Counted from the stretch's first letter, positions 8,473-17,926 are shown. The stretch: 63,970 nucleotides of DNA from Acidobacteriota bacterium (GCA_024641545.1 JAHECW010000007.1:1-63970); one strand, 5' to 3'. Translations and numbers: made by a program. The notes: a model not told the origin generated them from the letters alone.

Positions 8473-11261
8473 TCGCGCGACTCCGCCCGCTCGAGCACGG
8501 TCTCCACCGCGAGCCGAGCCAGCAGCCGCCGCTTCTTGCCGGTTGAGATCCGCAGGCGCTCGGCGACCCGATCGGCGAGCAGGAGCGTCGCCGACCGGGG
8601 ATGGGATTCGCCGAGTTCGAGGACCCGCAGCCACAAGGCGCCGCCGTCGTCCACCGCGACCAGACGGTGGCGCCGTCCGAACCCGGCCAGCGCACCGTCG
8701 AGAGTCGCAATCTCCCGGCCGAGCTCGGATGCGATGATCACCTTCCACGTCTCCCCCACCCCCGCCGCGGCGTCAGCCAGGCGTTCGGTCGCCGGGTGTT
8801 CGCGACCGCGGTCGAGGATCTCGCTCCACCGATCGAGGTCGATGGCCCCGAGAACCCCCGCCACGGCGCGGCCCTCGGGGCGGCTTCCGTCGATGACGGG
8901 CACGCCGGATTCAACCGCACGACGGGCCAGTGTAGATGAGCGGGCGCTGACCGCCAGCCGACGCTGGCGGGCGAGCGAGCGAGCTCGATCGAGGCTGAAC
9001 GGCGATCCGCCGAGCGTCGGCACAACTCCTCGCGAAAAGAGCGCCGGCACCTCGCGGTAGGCCTCGGGCCGCGCCAACGCTCCTCGGAGAATTCCGGCGA
9101 GATCCGGCACATCGGTCGATTGAATACGGTGCACGACCATTCGGCGGCGCGCGATGAGGATGACACCTGCGGTCGCCAGACCGAACGCCAGCGCCGCGGC
9201 GACCACGATCACGCTCGGAAAACCGGGAACCGGGCGCGGCCCCGCTCCTGTCGCATCGGGAGCCGCGACCCGGATTTCGGACCCGGCCTCGCCCTGGTCG
9301 GTCGGTGACGTGTTCGCCGACGAAACAGCCGGACCGCCCCGACTCGCATCGACCGCGCGCCACATCCCGCCTTCTCCGCGGTACTCCACCCACGCGTGCA
9401 GGCCGGGCAGCACGTTCCCACCGGCGCCGACAAAACCCACCGCCAACCGCGCCGGGACACCGGCCCGGGCGATGACGGCGGCCAGGAGCGCGTTCTGGAC
9501 ATCACAGTCGCCGGCGCCGACAGTCAGACACCGCTCGGCGAACGAGCGCCCCTCCCGAGCCGCGATCCGGTGGTTTTCGACGGTGCGCTCGGAGGTGTCG
9601 TAGACCACCCGCCGTCGGACCCAGTCGCGCGCCGAGATTGCCGCTTCGTCGGCGCCGAGGTCCCGCAGCCGCAGAGCAACAGCGTCCGCCGGCTCCGGGA
9701 GACGGGGCCACGAGCCGCCTGCGGCAGCCTGGATCTCGACGGCCGGTCCCGTGCGGTAGCGAACGGATCCGGCCGGATCCTCCACCACCAGGAGTGGACC
9801 GCCATCGGGCGCCGCCCACAACGCCGCCGAACCGCCCACCACCTTCAGGCTCGCCGGGTCGAGCAGATGACCGGTCGGCAGCGGCAAACGGACATCTCCG
9901 GAGACCCCATCGAGGTCGAGGGTGAACTCGAGGCACGACTCGCTGCATGCGGACCCGAAATAGGGTCTCGGCCCCGAGCTTGTCGGCCCCGGGATCACCC
10001 GACCATCGTCCGTCAATCCGATCACCCGGAAGACGGCCAACATCGGCGCTGCCCGGGCCGGTCGATAGCGGAGCGGCAGACCGACGGGGACGAGACCCAG
10101 GGACGCCACAGCCGGACCCCGATAGCGGTCGGCCGACCCTGCCTCGAGAATGGCGCCCGGGTTTGCCGTCAACCGGTCGGCGCCGCCCCGGCCGAGGCCC
10201 AGCATCCCGACTGCTCCGGTCGCCAGCGCTCCCGTCAGCCACGAGACACCGACCGCGAGGACCACGGCCAGCGCCAGTGCGATCCCGATCGCGCGCACCC
10301 AACCGGTCGAACACAGTTCGCGAAGACGCATGGTCGCTCGGCCGATCGGTCCCAGACCCGCCTCACGGTCGAGCTGACCGCGCACCAGTCGTCGGACAGC
10401 CCGCCGACCCGTGGCCACCAGCTGCCGCAGCTCGCGGTCGGTCCGAGCATCCCCGCGCGCCATGAGCACCTGGAGACGACGGCTGTCGAGGATCACCCGC
10501 GGCACCAGACCGTCCGGAGTGCTCGATCTTCTCCGGCGCCGCCGATCGGGGCCCGTCAGGAGCTCGTCCAGGGTCGCGGTCGTCCGGACTCTGAGGCCAT
10601 GGGCCAGGAGATCGACCTGGGGTCGATCCGCCAGCGCCACCGCGCCCCGAATGCCCGATCGGTAGAACCCGAGAGTCGGGGGCTCGAGCTCGATCTCCGC
10701 CGTCGCCGAGATCGAGTTCACCCTCACATCGAGGATTTCGTTGCTGGAATCTCGTCGCCGGAGATGGCGGGCATCGCGCTGAACCGCGTCCCACACCGCC
10801 CGCACCGGATCGACACCGCCAGCCTTACGTACGAGTTCGATCTCGGTGCCGGTTTCGAGTGAGGTCTTCGATCGCGCGATGGTCTCGAGATCGCCGCTCA
10901 GCCGGAGCTCCCAGCCCGCTTCGCCCGGCGGCGACGAACGCACGAAAATCTCGTCCGGGTCAAAGCGGAGCACCGCCCAGAAGCCGATTCCGAAACGCCC
11001 CGCCGCGTCGTCCTGATTCCGCTTCGATGAGGCATAGAGGGTGAAGAGGTACTTCTGGGCGTGCTCGAACCTCATCCCGCAGCCGTCATCGCGGCAGACG
11101 ATCCGATCGACGCCGTGAGCCCGTTCGACCGTGAAGTCGACTCTTCGGGCGCCGGCGTCGCGCGAGTTCTGCAGCAGTTCGCGAACGAAGACCCAGGCGT
11201 CGCCTCCATAGCGGCGCGCCTCGTGAAACGCCCGCCGACGGAATTCACCCGCAATCGCCAC
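8469..11261 (-). CDS. GHKL (Hsp90-like) ATPase fused to a membrane-flanked transglutaminase-like domain
   Basis: N box RELLQNSRDA, G1 DDGCGM, G2 GRFGIGF, G3 GTEIEL. Two hydrophobic segments flank GAGDCDVQNALL..GVPARLAVGF..LHAWVEY..WRAVDAS (Cys-His-Asp triad). Confidence 0.88.
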   Translation of the reverse strand: MAIAGEFRRRAFHEARRYGGDAWVFVRELLQNSRDAGARRVDFTVERAHGVDRIVCRDDGCGMRFEHAQKYLFTLYASSKRNQDDAAGRFGIGFWAVLRFDPDEIFVRSSPPGEAGWELRLSGDLETIARSKTSLETGTEIELVRKAGGVDPVRAVWDAVQRDARHLRRRDSSNEILDVRVNSISATAEIELEPPTLGFYRSGIRGAVALADRPQVDLLAHGLRVRTTATLDELLTGPDRRRRRRSSTPDGLVPRVILDSRRLQVLMARGDARTDRELRQLVATGRRAVRRLVRGQLDREAGLGPIGRATMRLRELCSTGWVRAIGIALALAVVLAVGVSWLTGALATGAVGMLGLGRGGADRLTANPGAILEAGSADRYRGPAVASLGLVPVGLPLRYRPARAAPMLAVFRVIGLTDDGRVIPGPTSSGPRPYFGSACSESCLEFTLDLDGVSGDVRLPLPTGHLLDPASLKVVGGSAALWAAPDGGPLLVVEDPAGSVRYRTGPAVEIQAAAGGSWPRLPEPADAVALRLRDLGADEAAISARDWVRRRVVYDTSERTVENHRIAAREGRSFAERCLTVGAGDCDVQNALLAAVIARAGVPARLAVGFVGAGGNVLPGLHAWVEYRGEGGMWRAVDASRGGPAVSSANTSPTDQGEAGSEIRVAAPDATGAGPRPVPGFPSVIVVAAALAFGLATAGVILIARRRMVVHRIQSTDVPDLAGILRGALARPEAYREVPALFSRGVVPTLGGSPFSLDRARSLARQRRLAVSARSSTLARRAVESGVPVIDGSRPEGRAVAGVLGAIDLDRWSEILDRGREHPATERLADAAAGVGETWKVIIASELGREIATLDGALAGFGRRHRLVAVDDGGALWLRVLELGESHPRSATLLLADRVAERLRISTGKKRRLLARLAVETVLERAESRE

Positions 11262-11331
11262 CGATCCAGTGTAGTGGTACCGGCTTCGGCTCGGACCTCA
11301 GCTGCGATGCGAGGCCGCGGATGAGGGGACC

Positions 11332-11535
11332 CTAATAGATCGGATCCGCCTCGAGCCAATACATGTTCGCGCCCGGTTCGAAGTTCTGGTTGGTTTCCTC
11401 ATTCCAGGAAGTGGTCTGCTGACCGCAGCTCGCACAGGCGTGCTCCTCACCCAACATGGTGGCGTCGGTGCGTTCCGAGGACCAGTCGGAGATGGAGCCG
11501 CAGTAAGTGCAACGAATCGGATCGGGTCTCTGCAT
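11332..11535 (-). CDS. Small putative zinc-ribbon protein (67 aa)
   Basis: GGAGGG RBS before ATG 11535; CTYC and CASC pairs. Confidence 0.65.
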   Translation of the reverse strand: MQRPDPIRCTYCGSISDWSSERTDATMLGEEHACASCGQQTTSWNEETNQNFEPGANMYWLEADPIY

Positions 11536-11628
11536 GACGTCTACCCTCCACGAGTACAGGGGGGACGCTATCTCATATGAACAGATGGAGAAAAGGCCGG
11601 TTGCGGCAGAAGGTGCCGCACCGCGCCG

Positions 11629-11646
11629 TGAATGAGTATTCATTCA
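11629..11646. promoter_or_regulatory. Palindromic operator TGAATGA-N4-TCATTCA (TetR-type)
   Basis: Perfect 7-bp arms, AT-rich in a GC-rich background, about 95 bp upstream of the zinc-ribbon gene. Confidence 0.7.
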
Positions 11647-11889
11647 TAACAAAGGTGTTAGGCATGAGACCTATCGCAATGGAGATCGCAGACAGCCGCA
11701 GATTGGCTCGTCGCAAATTCCACGTCCCGCCACACTAGCGATCACAAACACAGAGTCCGATTGCATCATCAGAAGACCCCATATTCCAGGGCTGGCGAAT
11801 ACTCTTTGACCTGCGCCCCAAAGACCTGATGACCCAACAACCCCTTCAGAACTCTCCCTGGAAGCCTGCGATGAACAAAATGACCTCAC

Positions 11890-11945
11890 CCCCCAGAAAT
11901 TCACGGGGAGGGAGCAAAGCGACCCTCCACGAGGATTTCTGGGGG
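11890..11945. terminator. Long imperfect hairpin downstream of the Npt-like gene
   Basis: CCCCCAGAAAT...GGAGGG...CCCTCC...ATTTCTGGGGG; no clear poly-T tail, so terminator function is uncertain. Confidence 0.45.
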
Positions 11946-11973
11946 CGGGTGGGTGGGCCTGTAAGGCGAGCCG

Positions 11974-14900
11974 CTACAGCAGGGCTTCGTCGGAGTCGGG
12001 GTCCTTGGAGACGACCGTGCGGAAGAGAGCCTTGACGATGTCGATGTTGTTCGACAGGAGATCGAAGAAATCCTCGGCTTCGATGGTCACCAACCTGGTC
12101 TCGGTCTGGGCCACCGCGTGGCCCGACCGCGGCCGCCCGCTGAGAATGTCCGACACCCCGAAACGCCCGTTTGGTCCGACCACTGTTCCACCTTCACCAC
12201 CGCCGCCGAGGCGAACTCGTCCTTCGACAACGCAGTAGAGAGTGTCGGGCGCATCGCCCTTGGAGAAGACCTCTTCACCCTTGCCGAAGGTGTTCTCACT
12301 GGCGATGGCCGCCAACCGAAGAACCTGGTCGGCGTTGCAGTGGGCGAAGAGATCGACGCCCTGGAGAAAGACCATCATCTCGATATGTGCCATGGGTGTC
12401 ATCTGCGTCTCATCCCCCATCCCGATCAGCCCCTTGCCGGGGGGCACCTTTCCGGCCCTCGCCGTGACCCATCTGGCGGTTTCCCGGACCAGGGGATCTT
12501 CCGCCTTTTCGGCCATCCTCGCCACCAGGGCGTAGAGCGAGACAATTTCATCGCACCAAACCGTGTGCATCGCCGCCAAGACGATCCCCCGGCTCGCGGG
12601 GTCCCTTTTCGAATCGATCTGGATGAGACGATCGAGGGTCGCCTCGGGCGATTCCAAGAGGATGCCGAAGTGGAGCCGCGCTCGACGCAGCTTGTCCTCC
12701 GGCGGCGAGTCGTCGATGACCGAAAAGACATCACGCCGCAGGGTTCCGGACAGGCTGTTGTCGAGATACTCGAGGGCCCTCGCCCGGAGGTTGGGCTCCC
12801 GACTCATCAGGCTGCGGCGCGCGGCCCGGACATCTTCGGGTCGTTCAATCAGCTCGATCAGGCCGAAAATGTTGCTCACCAGACTCTGCATTCGCTGGGC
12901 GAGGAGTTGCTGAGGCAGGGTCGGCACCCGGTCGGACTTCCGCCACACCGCAAGGGGTCCCTCGAGTTGAGCGTGATGCAGGGACGAGATGGCCCACAGA
13001 TCGGCCAGGCAGCGAAGATAGCGCGTTGCTTCGGCATGAATCCGGGCGCGGATCGCACGACCCGTGAACCGTGTCCCACTGTGGCGGGTGCGCATGAAAC
13101 ACAGCGCTTCGACCATCTTCGATCGCAGCATCGTGTCGCCGGCGTCGAGGCTCGCTTCCAGCGCATCGGCGGCCGATTGGACGCCGAGGAGCGCGAGGGT
13201 CTTCGGCACGGCGCGACGCACCCAGATCTGTTCATCGTCCGAGTCCATGAAATGCCGCAACGGCAGGACCGCATCCTCTCCGATGGCGACCAGAGCCTCC
13301 CTCGCCTCGTGCTTGAGTCGGCGGTTGCCCATGAGCGACACCAGGGTTGGAACGTAGATCGGATTGGGTCCATAGCGGTCGAGACGCTTCTTGATCGAGT
13401 GGATCGCTTTCCGGACAACCGTCAGATCGGTGTCGTACAGGAGCTGCAGCAGGATCGACTCGGCGATCGGACCGGCTACCTGTCCCAGGGCGCGGGCCGC
13501 TTCGGCTCGCACCGCCGAATCGCGATCCACGACCATCTTCGCGAGAGCTTCGTTGGCACGACCGGCCGAGGTCGGGTCATCGGCGGCCAGGAGGCTCGCC
13601 ACCGCGGTCGCCCGCACCTCGGGATCCGGGTCGTCGAGCCGCTCGCGCATCAGACCGGATGACTTCTCCCCGCTGAGTCTGGCGAGGGTCTGCATCGCGC
13701 CGCTGCGAACCTCGGCATTCTCGTCGGTGATGGCGTTCTTGACCAGCTCGACGGCATCCACCCGACCGGTGTCGGCGAGAATCTTGAGGGTCTTCTTCCG
13801 CACTCTGCTGTCGGTGTGGTGGAGCAGCAGCGGCGAAACCAGAGAACCCTGGCCGTACGACGACAACAGCTCGAGACTGTGCAGCACCTGACGAGGGTCC
13901 GAGCTGCCCAACGCCTGGATCAGGGTGGTGATCGTCGTCAGATCGGTGGGATCGATCGAGGCATCTGGCTGGATGATCCCCGACTTGAGTCCGGTGCGGT
14001 ACTCGTGCACGTACTCCTTGCGGACCCGGACCGTCAGCAGCAGCCACGACACCAGCACCGCCGCCGTCAACCACGAGACATAGGCGGGCGGAAGCCAGGC
14101 AAACGTCACCGGGAGGATCATCAGCGCAGCCAACCCCTTGGCGAAACTCTGAACGAAAACATCGATGAACGCCTTGGCGCGGACCCGGAGGTTGGCGGGC
14201 ACCGGCAGGAAGAGCAGCTCGCGGGTCGCCTGGTCCACCGAGTGCCGCAGGCTCCCCTCGGAGATCATCAGGATCCAGACCAGCGGGTAGACCGCCGGCG
14301 ATCCCACCGCGAGCGCGATCACGACCGCGACCTGGGTCAGCCCCACGGTCCCCGGCAGGACCCGCATCGCGACCCCGACGCCGAGGGCGCGATGGATGCG
14401 CCGGGTGAAGACCAGCTGGAAGATGAATCCGACGACCCCCATGAGGATGAAGTACTGGCTGATGACCGAGGTCCGCGTGTCGAGCTGCTCGGCCTTCGCC
14501 ACCGTCTCGGTCGCCTTTTCGACAAACCAGTAGAACTGCCAGCCCACCAGCTGGCCGACCACGACGGTCGCCGCCAGGAGCCCCGTGATGAGCAGCAGCA
14601 GATGTGAACCGCGGATGATCTGAAGGCCGTCTCGGGCGTCCTCCACCCGCGCGCGTCGGGTCGCCATCGGAGGCGGCCGGGTGTTGGTCCGGGAGCGCTC
14701 GATCAGGACCACGAAGACCAGTATCACCAGCACCAGAAGGGCGCAGGCGAGGAGCGTTGCCCGGGTCCCGACGGCCCTGGTGACGCCCCAGGCGAGGAGG
14801 CCGCCCGGAATCGCACCGAGCAGCCCGCCCGCACCGATGAACGCGAAAAGCCGCCGGGCCTGGCGGGGATCGAAGACGTGGTTGGCGAAGGACCAGACCT

Positions 14901-15345
14901 GTGAGACCGCGATGGCGAACGCCATGCCGAGCCAGACATAGTAGAGGACGACCACCCACGATGCGTTCAAACCATAGAGAAGAAAGAAGATGAAGAACCC
15001 GGCCGAGTGGAGCGCCGTCAGCCCGACGATCAGCACCGAGAGCTTCACCTTCGCGGCCAGCCGCGAGTAGAGCAGCAGCACCGGGTACGAGACCAGGGCC
15101 ACCGCGAGGTAGACATAGGGCAGATTCTCGGCGCCGATGACGTTGATGAACGACGCCTGGCGCACCGATTTCCCGGCAAAATGAACCGTGGTCAGAACCA
15201 GGAAGTAGAAAAAGAAGAGCCAGGCGAGGCCCCCTTCGCCCGGCCGAATGCCGAAGGCCGAGCCGACGAAGAAACCACGCAGCCCACCCGGGTGTGGGCC
15301 GTTCAACGAGCTCACCTGATTCTCTGATTCTGTCGTTTGCACCAC
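11974..15345 (-). CDS. Npt/TLC-family (MFS-like) nucleotide transporter fused to HEAT repeats and a cyclic-nucleotide-binding domain
   Basis: About 12 TM helices with WSFANHVFDPRQARRLFAFIGAGG and LRHSVDQATRELLFLPV..RAKAFID; HEAT-like repeats (LDDPDPEVRATAV); C-terminal cNMP domain (FGKGEEVFSKGD..LYCVVEGRV..GRPRS). Confidence 0.88.
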   Translation of the reverse strand: MVQTTESENQVSSLNGPHPGGLRGFFVGSAFGIRPGEGGLAWLFFFYFLVLTTVHFAGKSVRQASFINVIGAENLPYVYLAVALVSYPVLLLYSRLAAKVKLSVLIVGLTALHSAGFFIFFLLYGLNASWVVVLYYVWLGMAFAIAVSQVWSFANHVFDPRQARRLFAFIGAGGLLGAIPGGLLAWGVTRAVGTRATLLACALLVLVILVFVVLIERSRTNTRPPPMATRRARVEDARDGLQIIRGSHLLLLITGLLAATVVVGQLVGWQFYWFVEKATETVAKAEQLDTRTSVISQYFILMGVVGFIFQLVFTRRIHRALGVGVAMRVLPGTVGLTQVAVVIALAVGSPAVYPLVWILMISEGSLRHSVDQATRELLFLPVPANLRVRAKAFIDVFVQSFAKGLAALMILPVTFAWLPPAYVSWLTAAVLVSWLLLTVRVRKEYVHEYRTGLKSGIIQPDASIDPTDLTTITTLIQALGSSDPRQVLHSLELLSSYGQGSLVSPLLLHHTDSRVRKKTLKILADTGRVDAVELVKNAITDENAEVRSGAMQTLARLSGEKSSGLMRERLDDPDPEVRATAVASLLAADDPTSAGRANEALAKMVVDRDSAVRAEAARALGQVAGPIAESILLQLLYDTDLTVVRKAIHSIKKRLDRYGPNPIYVPTLVSLMGNRRLKHEAREALVAIGEDAVLPLRHFMDSDDEQIWVRRAVPKTLALLGVQSAADALEASLDAGDTMLRSKMVEALCFMRTRHSGTRFTGRAIRARIHAEATRYLRCLADLWAISSLHHAQLEGPLAVWRKSDRVPTLPQQLLAQRMQSLVSNIFGLIELIERPEDVRAARRSLMSREPNLRARALEYLDNSLSGTLRRDVFSVIDDSPPEDKLRRARLHFGILLESPEATLDRLIQIDSKRDPASRGIVLAAMHTVWCDEIVSLYALVARMAEKAEDPLVRETARWVTARAGKVPPGKGLIGMGDETQMTPMAHIEMMVFLQGVDLFAHCNADQVLRLAAIASENTFGKGEEVFSKGDAPDTLYCVVEGRVRLGGGGEGGTVVGPNGRFGVSDILSGRPRSGHAVAQTETRLVTIEAEDFFDLLSNNIDIVKALFRTVVSKDPDSDEALL

Positions 15346-15386
15346 GGCCTACGGTAGCGTGACTTGCGCGCTCGGGCAACGCATCT

Positions 15387-15740
15387 CGGCAGGGGCAGGG
15401 ACCGCGACAGCGGCAGGGGCAGCGACAGCGACAGCGGCGGGGGCAGGGGCAGGAGCAGCGGCCACATCAACGACGACTCCTCCCGTGGACGCTCGCCGAA
15501 CGCTTCGCCTGCATCGATGCCTCTGAAGGTGGGCCCAGGCACACCCTACGTCGGACCGTCAGAGCATGAGGGCGACGTGGCCGCCGGGGGCGGCCCGGAA
15601 GGCCGGAGCCGACAAACGTGCCGTGCCCGCTCCGGCGCGCGATGGCGCCGAACCCCTACGGCATCCTGCGGGCGGGACGCCCGCACCACAATGGGCGGCC
15701 CGGAAGGCTGGAGCTGAAGGACCCCTTGCGCCGCCCGCGC
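15387..15740. repeat. Mosaic intergenic repeat: hexamer tract, 162-bp repeat copy 1 (15448-15609) with a GTAG-type REP (15528-15549), and a second REP hairpin (15667-15691)
   Basis: Aligns without gaps to 17765-17926; 15656-15705 is identical to 30643-30692. Confidence 0.9.
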
Positions 15741-15743
15741 GCT

Positions 15744-17660
15744 TCACTCCTTGACGAGAATCGCCTCCAACTCGCTCAGGGTCCGATCGAAGAGATCGAG
15801 CGCGGCGGCGATGGCGTCGGGCTTGGTGAGATCGACTCCGGCGCCCTTGAGAAGCTCGAGCGGCGGTTTCGAGTTCCCACCCCTGAGCATCTCGAGGTAG
15901 GCGTCGCGGGCCGCCGCATCCCCGGTGGAGATCGCCTCGGCGATGGCCGCTCCCGAAGCCATCCCGGTGGCGTAGGTGAAGACGTAATACTTGTAGTAGA
16001 AGTGGGGAATGTAGGCCCACTCGACGGGATCATCCGCATCCATGGTGTAGCCGGGGCCGTAGTAGTCCTCGATGAGCGAGCGATAATCCGCATCGAGCTT
16101 CTCCGCGGTGATGGGCTCGCCCGCCTCGACACGCTCGTGCAGCCGCAGCTCGAACTCGGCGAAGAGCGTCTGGCGGTAGATGGTCGTGCGCAGGGTCTCT
16201 GCCAGTTCGGAGAGATACCAGGCGCGCTCGGCATCCGATTCGGCATGGGCCACCATGTACTTCGACAGCAGGACCTCGTTGGCGGTGGAGGCGATCTCCG
16301 CGAGGAACGGCACATAGCGCGACGTCAGGTACGGCTGGCTGTCCTGGGACAGCGAGCTGTGGAGCGCGTGGCCGAGCTCGTGCGCCAAGGTCGAGACGTC
16401 GTCGTACGAGTCCTGGAAGTTCATCTTGATGAACGGCCGGACGCCGTAGACGGATGATGAAAAGGCGCCGGAGTCCTTGGTCTTGGCCGGGTAGACGTCG
16501 ATGGCGCCGTGGCGCGGGTCGATGACTTCAATCAGCCGTTTCGAGTAGTCCTCACCGAGCGGTTGCAGTGCCTCGACGATCACCTGCGCGCCCTCGGAAT
16601 AGGTCAGATCACGCGCGGCACCCTCGACCATTGGCACATAGAGATCGTAAAGGTGGATCTCATCGAGGCCCATGACCTTCTTGCGCAGCTCGACGTACCG
16701 GTGAAGCGCGGGCGCGTGGGCGCGGACGGTGTCGATGAGATTGCGGTAAACGGCCGGGTCGAGATCGTCCTTGTCGAGGTACGCCTCGAGGGCGGTGTCG
16801 TAGTTCCGTGAGCGGGCGAGAAAGACGTTGAACCCGGCCTGGCCGCCGAGGGTGGCCGCGAAGGTGTTCTCGAAACCTCGCAGCGCTGAGAACATCCCGG
16901 CCACCGTGTCCCGTCGAACGCGGCGGTCATCCGCCGCGCGCAACCGCCCGTAGTTGGCGAAGGTCAGCTGAACCTCCTCGCCCTGGGCGTCCTTGATCTT
17001 GGGCAGGGGCATTTCGGAGACCAGCGCCCCGAAGGCTGTTTCCAGGGGCGACGGCAGTTCGTTGAGGTCGATGGCGGCCCACAGGTTGTCCCCGGCCAAC
17101 CCCAGAACCCGTTCGGCTTCGGGATCGAGAATCCTATCGGCACGGCGCCGGAGGCTGTCGATCCAGGGGCGGAACGGCTCAAGGCCGGGGGTCGACGCGT
17201 AGGCCCGCTCGATCTCGGCGCTGTCGTAGTCGAGCACGGCCTGACGCAGCACCGCGCCTTCGTCCATGACCCGGCCGGTCAATTTGAGGGCCTGCTGGTG
17301 GCGACCGGTGAACTCCGGGTTGGTGGTGTCCCCGTCCCGCTGCAGCGCCGCATAGAGCGAGAGCCGGTTGGCCGTGACCTCGATTTCTAAGTAGACGGCC
17401 ATGTAGGCGGCGAGACCCTCGGGGGTCGTCATGGTTTCGTGGGTCGAGGCGAGCATCTCGAGCTTTTTCCCCGTCGCGGCCAACTCGTCTGCCCAGGCCT
17501 CGTCGTCGGGGAAGAGCACCGTCAGGTTCCAGCGATAGTCGGCCGGAATCGTGCTTCGCTCGGCATTGGCGTCCGGGGTGTAGGGCGGAAGGGATGCAAA
17601 ATCTCCAGCCGATGCCAGCACGGCGGCCGCGAGAAACACGGTGGAACACGATACGATCAT
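15744..17660 (-). CDS. pepF: Oligoendopeptidase F (M3B) with signal peptide
   Basis: YRWNLTVLFPDDEAW, SGAFSS, STLAHELGHALHS, FLAEIAST.NE, WAYIPHFY..YVFTYATG; GAGGAGG RBS. Confidence 0.93.
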   Translation of the reverse strand: MIVSCSTVFLAAAVLASAGDFASLPPYTPDANAERSTIPADYRWNLTVLFPDDEAWADELAATGKKLEMLASTHETMTTPEGLAAYMAVYLEIEVTANRLSLYAALQRDGDTTNPEFTGRHQQALKLTGRVMDEGAVLRQAVLDYDSAEIERAYASTPGLEPFRPWIDSLRRRADRILDPEAERVLGLAGDNLWAAIDLNELPSPLETAFGALVSEMPLPKIKDAQGEEVQLTFANYGRLRAADDRRVRRDTVAGMFSALRGFENTFAATLGGQAGFNVFLARSRNYDTALEAYLDKDDLDPAVYRNLIDTVRAHAPALHRYVELRKKVMGLDEIHLYDLYVPMVEGAARDLTYSEGAQVIVEALQPLGEDYSKRLIEVIDPRHGAIDVYPAKTKDSGAFSSSVYGVRPFIKMNFQDSYDDVSTLAHELGHALHSSLSQDSQPYLTSRYVPFLAEIASTANEVLLSKYMVAHAESDAERAWYLSELAETLRTTIYRQTLFAEFELRLHERVEAGEPITAEKLDADYRSLIEDYYGPGYTMDADDPVEWAYIPHFYYKYYVFTYATGMASGAAIAEAISTGDAAARDAYLEMLRGGNSKPPLELLKGAGVDLTKPDAIAAALDLFDRTLSELEAILVKE

Positions 17661-17719
17661 GATCGCCTCCTCAGGTGATATCTCATCACAGGCGCCTGCA
17701 ACGATACCAGAGCCCGGTC

Positions 17720-17926
17720 CGGGGCAGCGGCAGCGGCAGGAGCAGCGGCAGGGACAGCGGCAGCGGCAGGAGCAGCGGCCACATCAACGACGACTCCTCC
17801 CGTGGACTCGCGTGAAACGCGTCGGCTGCATCGATGCCGCTGAAGGTGGGCCCAGGCCCACCCTACGTCGGACCATCCGAGCTTGCGAGCGGCGTGGTCG
17901 CCGGAAGCAGCCCGGAAGGCCGGAGC
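17720..17926. repeat. Hexamer tract plus 162-bp repeat copy 2 with a GTAG-type REP (17845-17866)
   Basis: Minus strand GTAGGGTGGGCCTGGGCCCACC is a GTAG tetranucleotide followed by a palindrome; direct repeat of 15448-15609. Confidence 0.9.

Noticed and set aside
8469-11261. Ordinary htpG, mutL or gyrB, or a known GHKL-nuclease defence system
   Set aside because: Two TM helices and a transglutaminase triad are incompatible with those proteins, and no nuclease or methylase motif is visible in either gene.
11890-11945. c-di-GMP riboswitch (GCAAA-containing hairpin)
   Set aside because: It lacks the two-stem GEMM layout and sits at a gene 3' end; treated as a plain hairpin.
15387-17926. CRISPR array or composite transposon around pepF
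   Set aside because: Only two long direct repeats; no regular repeat-spacer periodicity, cas gene, transposase, terminal inverted repeats or evident target-site duplication.
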